Positions 33,100 to 46,600 of a DNA stretch of 64,000 nt are shown piece by piece. Made by a program: the position numbers and the translations under genes. Source of the stretch: the human T2T-CHM13v2.0 reference genome, Homo sapiens; assembly GCF_009914755.1 (NCBI RefSeq), contig NC_060936.1; one strand, given 5' to 3'. Every line of letters starts with the position of its first letter. The first letter of the stretch is position 1. Below the pieces are notes generated by a model, which worked only from the letters and a program-made list of their open reading frames with translations, made no database searches and was not told the origin of the DNA.

Positions 33100-33550
33100 C
33101 AGACATGTTGCTAATTTGATAGAAAATCCTCCTTCTGAACTATTTATATGTGCCATCATCTCAGACTCCGGGTATGTTGGGGTGGTTTCTTCACTGCTTT
33201 GTTTAGGAAATTAATAGAGATGCTATTGGCACCCAGGAACAATGGGAGAATGGCAGCTGCCAGAGATCTTCTTCTCCATCCCAGCATGAAATTCATATTC
33301 TTAATACAAATGCCAAATTGTCATGTCTTGTAGAGGGTGAGCATTATGGAGTTTTTGATGATAATGGCTGGGCTGTCTTGGGCTGTTGCTTAAATGGCTG
33401 AATTAAATTGGTTTATATTTTAATGAGATGACTAATCATAAGCAATTGTTATGGATGATTGTGAGCCAACTGAGCTGTTTCGTTGTGTTTTCTTTTCATT
33501 CCATTTGTTGTTGTTAGTCCATGAATTGGAACAATTCTGCTCCAAGTTGG
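33100..33550. promoter_or_regulatory. Candidate enhancer or conserved non-coding block
   Basis: Repeat-free, dense TAAT/ATTA and ATTGT motifs; inference only. Confidence 0.3.
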
Positions 33551-33789
33551 CCTCTCCATCTCGCAGTAGCAGGGGTCAGGTCCAGATTTTGGATCTTAAC
33601 ACAGCAGTGATAAAGGAAGCAGGGAAAGGTTTCTGCAAGAATGGAGCATGGGGGAGGGAGCAGGATGAAGAGCCCAGACTGGAGCTCTAATACTCAGCTT
33701 CCGATCAGCTGCATCTGGAGCAAGCTGCCCTCTGTTCTTCTCAGCATTCTCGTTCCCCATCTGCAAAACAGGCACAAGCATCTGTCCAT

Positions 33790-34581
<792 letters not shown>

Positions 34582-35293
34582 AAATTTACTCTAAACAAAC
34601 AAACAAACAAACAAAAAATCTCTGACTGCCAAGGTGGAGAATAACATGAGAGGCTTTGGCAAAGTCAGAATTTCCCAAAATGTCTCATGTGTACCACTAA
34701 TGTTAGAAGGTACATTAACTTTTTTATTTTTATAATAATGTATTTAGTTGAATATGTATTAGAAAAAAAGAAAACACTATCACATCAAATGAGTCATGGT
34801 ACAGATATTACTACTTAAGACAACTTTTAAAAAAATTAGTTTAAAATATTAAATAACAGTATATGCGTCATGGTTCTAACAAAAATCATGAATCAGACTC
34901 AATGTGGGAAACATTGGACTTTCTTTCTTCTCCATTTCCTTCTAGTTCTCTAACTCTCTTGTTTCTTAGGTGTTAGAAACACAAAGAATTCAACACATCC
35001 CTCATAGCAACCATACCGCTTGGTTGAAGTTACATCAGACTTGTAGGGGAAGCAAAAGGGATCATTTACGATGTTTTCGTGACATGAGGAAATGGAAACA
35101 TTTCTCTCTGATTTCCTAATTCTGTCTTGGCAGCCTAAGCCATTTCCAGAAGAGATCTGGTGTTTCAGATAATAAAGATAGCATTTAAAGCAGGGTTTCT
35201 CATTTTTTGATCATGCACAGAGACACATTTTACTTTATGACTCAGATCATATATATAAGCGTGAGTGCACACAAGTAATATCATAAAGCATGC

Positions 35294-35558
35294 TTTTTTT
35301 TTTTTTTTTGACAGGATCTCACTCTGTTGCCCAGGCTGGAGTGCAGTGGCTCACTGCAGCCTCGACCTCCTGGGTTCAGGTGATCCTCCCACCTCAGCCT
35401 CCCAAGTAGCTGGGACTACAGGCATGCACCACCACACCCAGCTAACTTTCTGTATGTTTGGTAGAGACAGGGTTTTGCTATGTTGCCCAGGCTGATCTCA
35501 AACTCCTGAACTCGAGAGATACACCCAGCTTTACAGCCATGAGCCACCATGCCTGGCC
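35294..35558 (-). mobile_element. AluJ-type SINE with internal deletions, inside a MER113-like fossil (~35190-36062)
   Basis: gcagcctcgacctcctggg; flanks resemble hAT termini cagggtttctca / ttgaacaccactg. Confidence 0.85.
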
Positions 35559-35569
35559 ACAACATGCAT

Positions 35570-35589
35570 TTTTGTATGCTTGTATGCTT

Positions 35590-35638
<49 letters not shown>

Positions 35639-35905
35639 GTGCATTTATGTGTGTGTATGTATATATATGCATTTATGTGTGTGTGTATATATATATGCAT
35701 TTATGTGTGTGTATATATATACACACATGCATTTATGTGTATATAAATGTGTATATGCATTTATGTGTGTATATATATACACACGTGCATTTATATACAT
35801 AAATGTACCTGTGTGTATATACACACACCCACATATAAATGCATATGTATATACACACACATAAATGCACACATATTATATAAATACATACACATATGTG
35901 TGTAC
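35570..35905. repeat. Compound (TG)n/(TA)n microsatellite with a higher-order gcatttatgtgtgt..atatat unit
   Basis: Seen directly in sequence. Confidence 0.95.
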
Positions 35906-36704
35906 ATTTATATCTGAAATGCAGTTTCTGAAAACAATATTTGCTTTTGCTTTATGTTACAAACTGATGCTTCTCTGTTCTCCTTCATGACTTACAAAAG
36001 ACTTCATGACACCCACTAATCTGCTTCCAAATACCTTATGACCTCTATTTGAACACCACTGATTTGAAGTTTCCTGTTCCAAGTGGACCAGCTTCTGAAA
36101 AGCCGGAGTGGAGCGTGGATGGCAGGACCTGGTGGCCCTCATTTCATTTTTGCGGGGTGATAAGAACTGGAAGGGTCAACTGCTGAGGCAGAGAAAGTGG
36201 CTTGTCGACTTACCATCCTGTCTTGCTTATGATGGACGATTTCCAACCAGTGAACTCTGACAGCAAAGAGGCATTTGTCGCGTGTCCTCTGAATTTCCTG
36301 TTATTCCTAGACCAGTTTTCAGTGTGGCTGAGTTGACTTCCCTTTGGTTCTGTCGCTCAGGCAGTGGCAGAAGAATCTTTTCATCCTTGCTAATCACCTG
36401 CTTTTCTGTGGTCTCCTCTGCTACCTCTCGGTCTTGGTAGGAGCCAATTTTCCAACCATTGCTAATTTGGGAGAAAAATATGCAGGACAGGCCAGTGGAG
36501 GAGAGGATGTAAGGAAATAATCCAGTTCATAAAACCAGCATGGGTCAATCACATACACACTAAAGAGCCAGTCAAATCCCATTGATACATGAACTACACG
36601 CAGCTGCATGTATGGGGAATAACTGGATTCCGTTCAGTCAAATTTACTATGCAAGAGGAATGTGTTCAAGTTTTGGTGGGCTGTTACATCAGGTATCTGT
36701 ACAC

Positions 36705-36900
36705 TTTTTCTTAGTATAAAAAGCAAAATAGTAAATATTTCCATCTTTGCAAGCCAGGTGGCCTTTCTTGCAGCTACTCAACTCTGTCTTAGACAATACA
36801 TTCAAAGTGAATGTGCTGTGTGCCAATAAAACTTTATTTACACACATAATCGGCAGGCTGCTTTTGGCCCATGCATTATAATCTGCCTACCCCTGCCCTG
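36705..36900. mobile_element. MER58-type DNA transposon
   Basis: atagtaaatattt...gcagctactcaactctg...ccaataaaactttatttac. Confidence 0.8.
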
Positions 36901-36965
36901 AACCATGCATGTTTTCTGTACTTTCACTCTTCTTTCATAGATCATGTTGCAAGAAATCTTTGAAT

Positions 36966-37235
36966 CAGGGTTTCTCAACCTTGGCACTACTGGTATTTTG
37001 AATCAAATGACTCTTTGTGGTGAGGTGCTCTCCTGTGTATTGTAGGATGTTTACCAGCATCTCTGGTCTCTGTCCACTAAATGCCAGAAGCATCCCCGCT
37101 TTGATCTGTGACAACCAGATGTCTCCAGATACTCCAGAAGTATCCCTGCTTCGATCTGTGACAACCAGATGTCTCCAGGCAGTGCCATATTCCCCTCCAG
37201 GTGGAGTTGGGGGAAAATCGCCCTCAGTGGACAAC
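36966..37235 (+). mobile_element. MER20 with an internal 50-bp tandem duplication (37084-37180)
   Basis: cagggtttctcaaccttggcact; ccagaag..gatctgtgacaaccagatgtctccag x2. Confidence 0.88.
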
Positions 37236-37564
37236 TTATATTTTAAATTCTCGCCATTGTTTTCCTTCCTGATGTATTTGTGTGTTTGGTCTCTTTGACA
37301 GAGATCTTAAGGCATTAATTTAGGGAGGTGGAAGCACAGATGGCCCCTAGTTGCTGCTCAAAGAATCAATTATGGCCCACGACCTCCATGACCTGAATCT
37401 TGATCTTCCCTCTTCTGAACCAAATGGAAGGAGGTTGTCAAGCTCTGCCCCTGGCCCTAGGCATAGCTCTGAAAAAAGACAGGAATATATAAGATAGGAG
37501 TTTAAGAAGTTATCTTTGCTAAAGGGGATTAAAATGGGAGGCAGCCTGTAACCGAGAAGCAGCA

Positions 37565-37830
37565 TTGCATAGCATCATGCTTGGGTGCACAGATCCTGGG
37601 GTGAGACTGCTTGGGTGTAATACAGACTTTAATACTTCCTGGCTGTGTGACCTTGGGCAAATCACTTGACTTCTCTGTGCTTCAGTCTTCTCATCTAGAA
37701 AATGTGAATAATGTTAATTCCTACCCGCTAGGGCTATGTGGAAGATTGAATGAATTGCTATCCCAAGTATGTAGATGGTGGCTGCCCTGAAGTCAGCACT
37801 CTATAAGTGCTTGTTGAATAACATAAATAA
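37565..37830 (+). mobile_element. MIR SINE
   Basis: gctgtgtgaccttgggcaaatcactt...ctctgtgcttcagt core. Confidence 0.85.
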
Positions 37831-38854
37831 AATAAAAGCTAACCAAAAAAGGATATTCTGAAGTCAAATTTCCAGCAATGTTCAAGTAGGAAATTTGGAA
37901 ATATTTAGTTAGGTATGAAGAGCAGTCTTCTCGGTTCCCTAAAAATCAAACCGCACTGGCTGGCTGTAGTCTGGGGGTAGTTTAGGGTTACGCAGATGAA
38001 ATAACCACTCCTCATACTCATGGTGCTTCCCCAAGAGACCTGCAGGTAAGTCCTGCAGGAGGCACCTGCACGTACCCAGTGCCTCTTGACACAGATGGTT
38101 CAGGAGTGGGTTGGGGGCCTCTGTGCTCCTGCAAACTTCTGGGCTACATAATAACTCGGGTTTCTATATTGATGTTTGACACCATGAGATAATACAAGAT
38201 TAAAGACACTCTCTGCAGCCCCATGCGTCTTTTCACCTGTCTGGCCAATTATAAACAAGCAGTATAATCTCCCCACCTCTCTGTGTTCCAGAGAACCTTC
38301 CTGTCTTGTGAGATGCTAGCAGTTCTGGGTCAGAGACCCTCTTCCATGCAAGATTGGGAAATATTAGGTTAGTCAACGGGAAATAGAGTTATTTATGGCA
38401 GAACTCCAGGGAGCCTTAGTAGGCCATTATGCACTGGGAGCCTGAGGGGGCTCCAGGTCCAATCTGTTCCCTACCTTCCAGGGAACATGTGTGCACGGAG
38501 TGGTTGGGAAAGACCACCATGGTGACAGAAGCTTGGATGATATCAAGGCAGACCTTTCTATATCATGTTTGCTGTGCTAATGATTGCTGTGAATTCCAAG
38601 GGGAGATAATATCCCTGGTGGGATCAGGAAGCTCTATGGGCTGACACCTGGGTTGGGGACTCTGTGGCAAAGGACCTCAAACATCTGGGGGTCAGCTTCG
38701 GCCTGGATTTATTTGAGAGCAGGTGTGCAGGCTCCTTTGCCTGGGAACAGTGTTTTTCATCCCATTTGCTGTTAGTTATAAAATGGTCCCTGATGATGTA
38801 GCCATTCTTGAGGTTCACATGACCAGGAGCCCACATATATATGAAGTCTGGCAG

Positions 38855-40638
38855 TGCATTAATTTCCTGGAGCTACTGTAACAAATTATCCAAAATGTAG
38901 TGGCTTAAAACAATAGAAATGTTGATTTGGGGCTTCTAGCCTCCAGGACTGTGAGACACTACAGGGTTGGTTCCTTCTGGAGGATCTAGGGAAGGATCTG
39001 CTGCCTTTTCTGGCATTTTCTGGCTTTAGGTATCCCTTGGCTTGTGGCAGCATCACTCCAGACTCTGTCTTCATCTTCACTCCAGCCTCCATCTTCATCT
39101 TCACTCCAGCCACTATCTTCATCTTCACTCCAGCCTCCATCTTCATCTTCACTCCAGCCACTATCTTCATCTTCACTCCAGCCTCCATCTTTGTCCTTAC
39201 TCCAGCGTCTATCTTCATCCTCACTCCAACCCCTATCTTCATCTTCTCTCCAGCCTCCATCTTCATCTTCACTCCAGCCTCTATCTTCATCTTCAGTCCA
39301 GCCTCCATCTTTATCTTCACTCCAGTCTCTATCTTCCATCTTCAGTCCAGCCTCTATCTTCATCTTCACTCCAGCTTCCATCTTTATCTTCACTCCAGTC
39401 TCTATCTTAATCTTCAGTCCAACCTCTCTCTTCATCTTCACTCCAGCCTCTCTCTTCATCCTCACTGCAGCCTCCATCTTCATCCTTACTTCAGCCTCTA
39501 TCTTCATCCTCACTCCAGCCCCTATCTTCATCTTCACTCCACCCCATCTTCATCCTCTCTCCAGCCTCCATCTTCATCCTCACTCCAGCCTCTATCTTCA
39601 CCTTCACTCCAGCCTCTATCTTCATCCTTACTCCAGCCTCTATCTTCATCCTCACTCCACCCCATCTTCATCTTCACTCCACCCCATCTTCATCTTCACT
39701 CCACCCCATCTTCATCCTCTCTCCAGCCTCCATCTTCATCCTCACTCCAGCCTCCCTCTTCATCTTCACTCCAGCCTCCATCTTCATCTTCACTCCAGCC
39801 TCTCTCTTCATCCTCACTCCAGCCTCCATCTTCATCCTCACTCCAGCCTCCATCTTCATCTTCACTCCAGCCTCCGTCTTCATCTTCACTCCAGCCTCTC
39901 TCTTCATCCTCACTCCAGCCTCCATCTTCATCCTCACTCCAGCCTCCGTCTTCATCTTCACTCCAGCCTCTATCTTCATCCTCACGCCAGCCTCCTTCAT
40001 CTGCATGCCAGCCTCCTTCTTCATCTTCACTCCAGCCTCTATCTTCATCTTCACTCGAGCCTCCATCTTCATTTTCACTCCAGCCTCCATCTTCATCTTT
40101 GCTCCAGCCTCTATCTTTATCCTCACGCCAGCCTCTGTCTTCATCTGCACTCCAGCTTCTATCTTCATCCTTACTCCAGCCTCCATCTTCATCTTCACTC
40201 CACCATCCATCTTCACTCCAGCATCCATCTTCATCCTTACTCCAGCCTCTATTTTCATCTTCACTCCAGCCTCTATCTTCATCTTCACTCCAGCCTCTGT
40301 CTTCATCTTCACTCCAGCCTCCATTTTAATTCTCACTCCAGCTTCTATCTTCATCCTCACTCCAGCCTCCATCTTCATCTTCACTCCAGCCTCCGTTTTC
40401 GTCTTCACTTCAGCCTCTGTCTTCATCTTCACGTGTCTTCTGCTCCCAGCCTCTTCTTTGTGTCTCCAATAAGGACAGTTGTTACTGGATTAAGGACCCA
40501 CCTAGAAAGTCTGTGATGATCTCATCACAGGATGCCTAACTTACTTACATCTGCAAAAATCATTTCTCCAAAGAAGGTCACATTGACAGTTTCCAGGATG
40601 TTGAAGTATCTTTTGGGGATCACCAGTCACCCACTGCA
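38855..40638 (-). mobile_element. MLT1 (C/D-like) solo LTR hosting a minisatellite and a micro-inversion
   Basis: tgcattaatttcc...gtaacaaatta...gtggcttaaaacaa; right part ggattaaggacccac...acatctgcaaa...aaggtcacatt. Confidence 0.88.
39057..40432. repeat. 24-bp minisatellite, ~58 units, consensus TCCAGCCTC(C/T)ATCTTCATCTTCAC
   Basis: Seen directly; includes 22-bp variant units (tccaccccatcttcatcttcac); strong pyrimidine/purine strand asymmetry. Confidence 0.98.
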
Positions 40639-40758
40639 GGCCATGTTATCTTGAAAATGCCTGATGCTCTTGATAACAAACTACCTTATTGTCATCTCGG
40701 GTCCCTGTTACACTAATTCCTTGCATGGATGAATCATCCTGTTGTAAAATTTTAGAAC

Positions 40759-40954
40759 CATGGTTCTTAAACTCGAGGAAACATCCACATCTTCTGAAGG
40801 GCTTAATCTGCCCAGGGCTGAAACACAGATTGCTGAGTCCCACCCCAGAGCATCTGGTTTGGCAAGTCTAGGGTGAGACCTGGGAATCTGCATTTTTAAG
40901 AAATCCCTGGTGATGCAGATGCTGCTGGTCCAGAGAGCACTTTGAGAACCTCTG
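40759..40954. mobile_element. MER5A DNA transposon
   Basis: catggttcttaaact...gaatctgcattttt...cactttgagaacctctg. Confidence 0.85.
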
Positions 40955-41944
40955 GTCTGGCAGGTTTTCTTCAGGAGGGGAGTCACAAGCATGCTGGGCC
41001 CACCATTTGCAGGAAGTCTATGTTCCTGGATAGGCAGTACCCCAGCTCCCTCAATTGTTGCTCAAAGACCTCACTGCCTTTAGCACACACTGTGAAACTC
41101 CAGAAAAACATCACACCTAGGGGTGTCATTGGTCCATAGAAACCATTTGCCAAATGCCAGATGGGGCAGCTTCACTAGAGACACAGTTTATCTTGCAGCA
41201 AAGCAGCAGAACAACATGTTTTACATCCAGACACATTTCCATAAGTAAGATTGCAGCAACAACAGAGGTAATGTTTTGATATTTGTCATAGTAATTAGAA
41301 TGCCCGATGAGAACGTTCATTGAAGTGGAGAAAATTCTGACATCCCGGGAGAAGAAATTACAATATAGCCCGTTTGTGCCACTCCATGCAGTCCCTTATT
41401 TTTGTTATGAATTCTGGAATTATGAATATGTCTCTCCTTTGAGCAGTGGTCTGTTGAAAACCTCACAGTGGCAAGCTGCACAAATTGGTACCACATAGTA
41501 TGTCTCAGAAACAACCTGCCCCTTTCTTAAAAACAGCAGCTTGGAGTAAAGCCTCAGGAATCATCTGTGTCTCGGTTTTTCTGTATGTGACCAGTTATCA
41601 GACATTCCCGACAGTGCCCCCTTTGGAATACTTCTTTGCCCGGGACAATGACTTACCTAACGACTTCTCCCCGCAGAGCACAGAATCCAGTGCCGAGGCT
41701 ACATGTGGAAGGGAACGAGGCAGGGACGTGAGGATGTGGCAACAATTCTGCAGAAGGGCTGTGGGTGGGGGCACAGCAGGGCTTCAACTCCAGGGACCCC
41801 ATTTCCAGAATTCCATGCAAGCACCACTAGCAGGTGGGGAGGTCAGGTTACAGCCAGAAGGTAAGACCCCGCCCCCAACTCGAAATGTCATTTCTTAGGC
41901 ATTTAGGACCTGCGATTTCTTTTTTCTCCTATAAAATGACTCAG

Positions 41945-42250
41945 GCTTACACATAAAAGGTCACATATTGTACTTATTTCTATTCCATTTATACATAATT
42001 TCATTTATATAAAATGTCCCGAATAATCAAGTCTTCAGAACCAGAGAACAGATTAGCAGTTGCAGGTTTTGGTAGGGGAAGAAATGGGGAGGGACCGCTA
42101 ACTGGCATGCGGTTGCACTTGGGGTGATAAAAAATGTTCTGGAATTAAATAATAGAGATGGTTGCACAAATTTGTGAATATATGAATTCACACTAATATG
42201 CTTTCAGATGGTGAATTACATGGTATGTGAATTATATCTCAATAAAAAAA
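41945..42250 (+). mobile_element. L1M (L1MB/ME-like) 3' end
   Basis: atgttctggaatta...gatggttgcaca...gtatgtgaattatatctcaataaa. Confidence 0.8.
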
Positions 42251-42439
42251 AATTTAGGTTTAAGTTTATACTGAAGACCACTTTATTCAGGAAAGGACAA
42301 CAAGTAGAGGAAAAAGGGAAATCAGGCAGCCAAGTCCCATCTCTTTTGTCCTTGAATTTCTTTTCAGTTCTTTCAAATATGTATCGCAATATTTGCTGGT
42401 CCCTTCATCTGTGCAGAGTGAACATAGCGGCAACACTGG

Positions 42440-42600
42440 CGTCAGGGTTCTGTGTGTAACTTCACAGAAGCCTCCCAGCAGTCCTGTACGAGGTAGACCC
42501 TGGGCCACCCCTTTTACAGATGAGGAAGCTGACGCCCTGCCTGCCCAGGACCCCACAGCTAGCAAGTGACCGGGTTGGGATTGACCAAGGGAGGTAGGTG
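42440..42600 (-). mobile_element. MIR fragment
   Basis: ttttacagatgaggaagctga...cacagctagcaagtg. Confidence 0.7.
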
Positions 42601-43719
42601 GTTCACTGTCCCCCATCCGCTTCCACCAGTGGCTCAGGAACCTACAGAAATGTCTGCCCTACCAGTGACTTTTGCTCTGACTTTGTCCAGACATTAAATC
42701 AAGCCATCTTCTGGGCCCTAGGACGTGAGCTTGCAACTGAGTTCCTGCTTTCCTCCAGGTAGGCAGCAAAGGGCAAACTTCCCTTCAGAGTCAGTCTCTG
42801 ATCATCCCTGCATTCTCCTCTGAGTTACCTGTGACTGGCAGGGCACCACCAAAAAAGGCTGTCCATTGGATTAATTCGCTTGGAATGAAAACAGCAATGT
42901 CTGATGCCTGTGTCCACAAGATAGGGATGCAGCAAGCTCCTGGGAGTCGGAATCCTTCCTGGCAACCTGAGGAGACGGTTGCAGCGTGCACATGGCAGTA
43001 CAGAGAGAAAGGCTGGGGAGACATCGTCACATTTCAAAACCTGTGCAATGCAGAATAAAGCAAGGCCACAGAACGAAGCTTAATGACTCCGGGAGGTTGT
43101 AATGGGAGAGAAAGGGTGAAGAAAAGAACATTTCTCACGTGGCTTGCAGCTGCCTCCAGCCTGGAAGTGGAGCATTTCCTGTCTACATCATAAAGTCATC
43201 TAGAAAAAAGCCTCCTGTCTGATCTGATATTGATGGGGACTGGGAAATGCATTTAGTGTTAGAAGAAAAAGAAAACACAGAATTTGCTAAAATCTCTACT
43301 GCATTTTAACTATTTAGATCTTAGATCATGGAGCCTAGTGTTTCCCAGCCTCAGCTGCACAGTACAAGCAGTCATTTAGGGAGTTTTGCAGAAAATACTT
43401 GGGCCTCACCCCCTGGCCAGTAAATGTTTGATCTGTGGCAGTTGGGCCCAAGTGACGGAACTTCAGATAAATGTATTGCACAGCTAGATTTGAGCAGCAT
43501 TTGATTTTATATTTGCCTACTATATTCCCTAAGCAAGGAATTTTATTATACTTCCCACGTTCTGTAGGAAAGTCTCAATTATCCACATAAATACTCATAA
43601 ACCAAATCTGTACATAAAATAAAACCTCACTTTCACTTGGACTTAAAATATATCACAATTATTTTTTCCAGAAAAATTAGCTTTCTGCTTGTGGTTTGCT
43701 TAAGTTTAAAGTGACTTGA

Positions 43720-44210
43720 CATATTAGTTAGCTACTGCTGTGTAACAGACCACCCCCAAAACTCAGTGGCCTAAAACAACATTCATTTATGATTTCTCTC
43801 TATTGTGAAGGCTGCCTGGGGGAGGGAACTGGTTGGCCGATTTGGAGTGGGCTGGTCTGGGAATTCTGCTAAATCTTGCTGCGAATCTTGGCTGGACTCA
43901 CTCACACGTCAGTTGGGTAGATGCACTTTGCACTGTAAATATCTCAACTTCATCCTGGGCCACCAAGCTAGCCTGGGAATGTCTTCCTTATAGCAATAGC
44001 AGAGAAGAAAAGAACAAGCAGAGGCCTTCCCCGCATGAGGCCAAAGCTTGGAAGCAGAAGGATCATTTCCATTGTGTTCTATTAGCTAAAGATAAGTCCA
44101 TGGCTCAGCCCAGAGATGGGAAATTGGACACCACCTCCACCAGAAGGGCACCGCAAACCCCCTTTCAGGGCTCAGAATGGGATAAAGAACTGAGACAACT
44201 AATACAGTAT
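43720..44210 (-). mobile_element. MLT1 (H/I-like) LTR
   Basis: tattagttagctactgctgtgtaacagaccacccccaaaactcagtggc. Confidence 0.8.
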
Positions 44211-44230
44211 ATTCTGATAGGCAGGCACCA

Positions 44231-44553
44231 TTTTGTTTGTTTGTTTGTTTTGTTGTTGTTGTTGTTGTTTGAGACAGAGTCTCACTCTGTTGCCCAAGCT
44301 GGAGTGCAGTGGTGCAATCTCGGCTCACTGCAAACTCCGCCTCTCAGGTTCAAGCAATTCTCCTACCTCAGCCTCCTGAGTAGCTGGGATTATAGGCACC
44401 CGCCGTCACACCCGGCTAATTTTTGCATTTTTTTAGTAGAGACAGGGTTTCACCATATTGGCCAGGTTGGTCTCGAACTCCTGACCTTAAGTGATCTGCC
44501 CACCTCGGCCTCCCAGAGTGCTGGGGTTATAGGCGTGAGCCACCATGGCCAGC
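44231..44553 (-). mobile_element. AluS-type SINE with a (TTTG)/(TTG) tail
   Basis: Alu dimer; TSD ggcaggcacc(a/t)ttt. Confidence 0.95.
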
Positions 44554-45712
44554 TGGGCAGGCACCTTTTTATTATAAGTCCCTGTAGAATGAAACTTGGT
44601 CTTGGTCTCTCCATGATGAAAATTGGGCAAGAACATATGTTTATCCAGAGAAGAACATGATGGCATAACAAGACAAAGGCATTTTCTCACTAGGACTTCA
44701 AGCCATTCCATAGTCCTACAAGCTCAAGTCCCTGAGTCTATGAGTAGTTATTTTTAAAGTTGCAACAGTTTGCAAACTCTGCCAAAACCCAAATAGGTGA
44801 AGCATCTCTATTGGAAAAAAGTAGGTCAATGCATCATTTCCTTTAAAGCCCATACCACATGCAGATAGACGCGTAATGAATGCTCATTCGAGATGATTAT
44901 GACTGCATTTCCATCTTCAATTTAGCCATCAGCTGTTTATTGAAAAACACTGATTGTTGTTTTTTTATTTTTTTATTTTTTCAATCTCTAAGCACTTATA
45001 GTTCTTAAACAAAATAATCATTGTGGCAAACTAGCAAAGGCTCACTTCCACCTCTTAACATCAGGAGGCCGTCAAGGCTGAGCAAAGGAGTGGAAGTCAG
45101 GGTGGCCTCCTTTCAGGGAGGAATTCCTTCCCTGTGAGTTGGCCCAAAGAACACTAGAAATTTCATTGGCTGGACTCTTATCCCGGACTTTCTCTTTATC
45201 CCAATGAGTAGAGTGGAGAGTATTTAAACCCTACCCAGCCTCTGCTTCTAATTGAACTGGTAAAGTACTTAAGCATTTTGTTCTTTTAAGATGACACCTG
45301 TCCCATCTTATAGCTCACTGAAAGGTGAAAAGACAAGTCCTCTGGCTTCAAGCACTCTCAGTGCCACATTACCGGAGGTACAGCAAAGGCACGTAAGCCT
45401 CCTGAACTATTTGCACACCAGATAGATGCTACAAGGACTCAGACGCATCTGCTCATTTAATCCTGTCTATCCAGCACTCAACGACTTATGCCAAGAGATC
45501 TCACGACAGCGCCTGCCTGTCATGGTTGGGGGCCAGTATGTTAAGGATGTATGGTACTGTTCTCGCCACCTTTCTGTGCATTTGCGACTTTTCATAATAA
45601 AAAGTTAAGAAGAGAGAGACCTCATAAGGCTGGCCTATGACAATGCTGGACAAGTCAAACCAAATCATCCAGGATCTACATACATGTAGGTGGCCTAAGA
45701 GTAGGGGCTGGC

Positions 45713-46046
45713 AAGAACAACATCATGTCCTTTGCAAGGACATGGATGGAGCTGGAGCCCATCATCCTTAGCAAACTAGTGCAGGAACAGAAAACCAAAT
45801 ACTGCATGTTCTCACTTATAAGTGGGAGCTAAATGATGAGAACATACCTAGAGGGGAACAGCAGATGCTGGGGCCTTTCAGAGGGTGGAGGGTGCGAGGA
45901 GGGAGAGGATCAGGAAAAACAACTAATGGATACTAGGCTCGATACCTGGGTGATGAAATATTCTGTACAACAAACCCTCATGACACAAGTTTACCTATGT
46001 AACAAACCTGCACTTGCACCCCTAAACTTAAAAGTTAAGGAAAAAA
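45713..46046 (+). mobile_element. Short 5'-truncated L1PA (PA10-13-like) 3' end
   Basis: catgtcctttgca..ggacatggatggagctgg; 16-bp TSD aagagtagggg(c/t)tggc at 45697 and 46047. Confidence 0.9.
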
Positions 46047-46052
46047 AAGAGT

Positions 46053-46382
46053 AGGGGTTGGCAAACTACAGCCTACAGGCCTGGTCTGGCAAGTCAGCTG
46101 CTTTCGCACAGCCAGGGAGATGGGCTGTAGGTTTTATATTTTAAAACCACTGGGGGAAAAAAAGTATTTTGTGACAAGTGCAAATCATACAAATTCACAT
46201 TGCAGGGTCCATTGATAAAGTTTTATCAGAGCCCAGTCCAGTCATGTTCGTTTGTTTATATTTTGGCCGCGGCTGCCTTCACACTCCAGTGGCAGAGTTG
46301 AGCAGTTGCAAGAGACTGCATGGCCCAAGAAATCAAAACCATTTACTATCTGGCGCTTTAGAGGAGTTGTCTGCTGACCCCC
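46053..46382. mobile_element. MER58B-like DNA transposon
   Basis: aggggttggcaaactacagcc...ataaagttttat...tttactatctggc...gctgacccc. Confidence 0.85.
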
Positions 46383-46399
46383 AGCCAAGGTGGACCCGG

Positions 46400-46600
46400 G
46401 CCCCAGCTCTGCTGCTTATTTGCAATGTGACCTTAAGCAAACGTCTTAACTTCCCTGAGCTCAGTTTCCTCTTCCAGATAATGGGAATGGTGGTGATGAT
46501 AATAGTATCCATCTCATGTGAGTATTGTGAGAACAGTAAGAATTAATATAGATTGAGTGCTTAAAACAGTGCCTCACACATAAAAATGATTCCTTCAGTA
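46400..46600 (+). mobile_element. MIR SINE
   Basis: tgtgaccttaagcaa...ctcagtttcctc core. Confidence 0.8.

Noticed and set aside
39057-40432. CRISPR-like array
   Set aside because: Contiguous degenerate tandem units with no unique spacers, in primate DNA
38886-40516. Long ORFs of 144-490 aa on both strands
   Set aside because: They arise from a nearly stop-free 24-bp tandem repeat inside an LTR; several frames are open at once and there is no domain or gene structure
43833-44660. 275-aa ORF and other ORFs with AQAGVQW / [12 protein letters not shown] motifs
   Set aside because: Chance read-through of MLT1 and antisense Alu sequence
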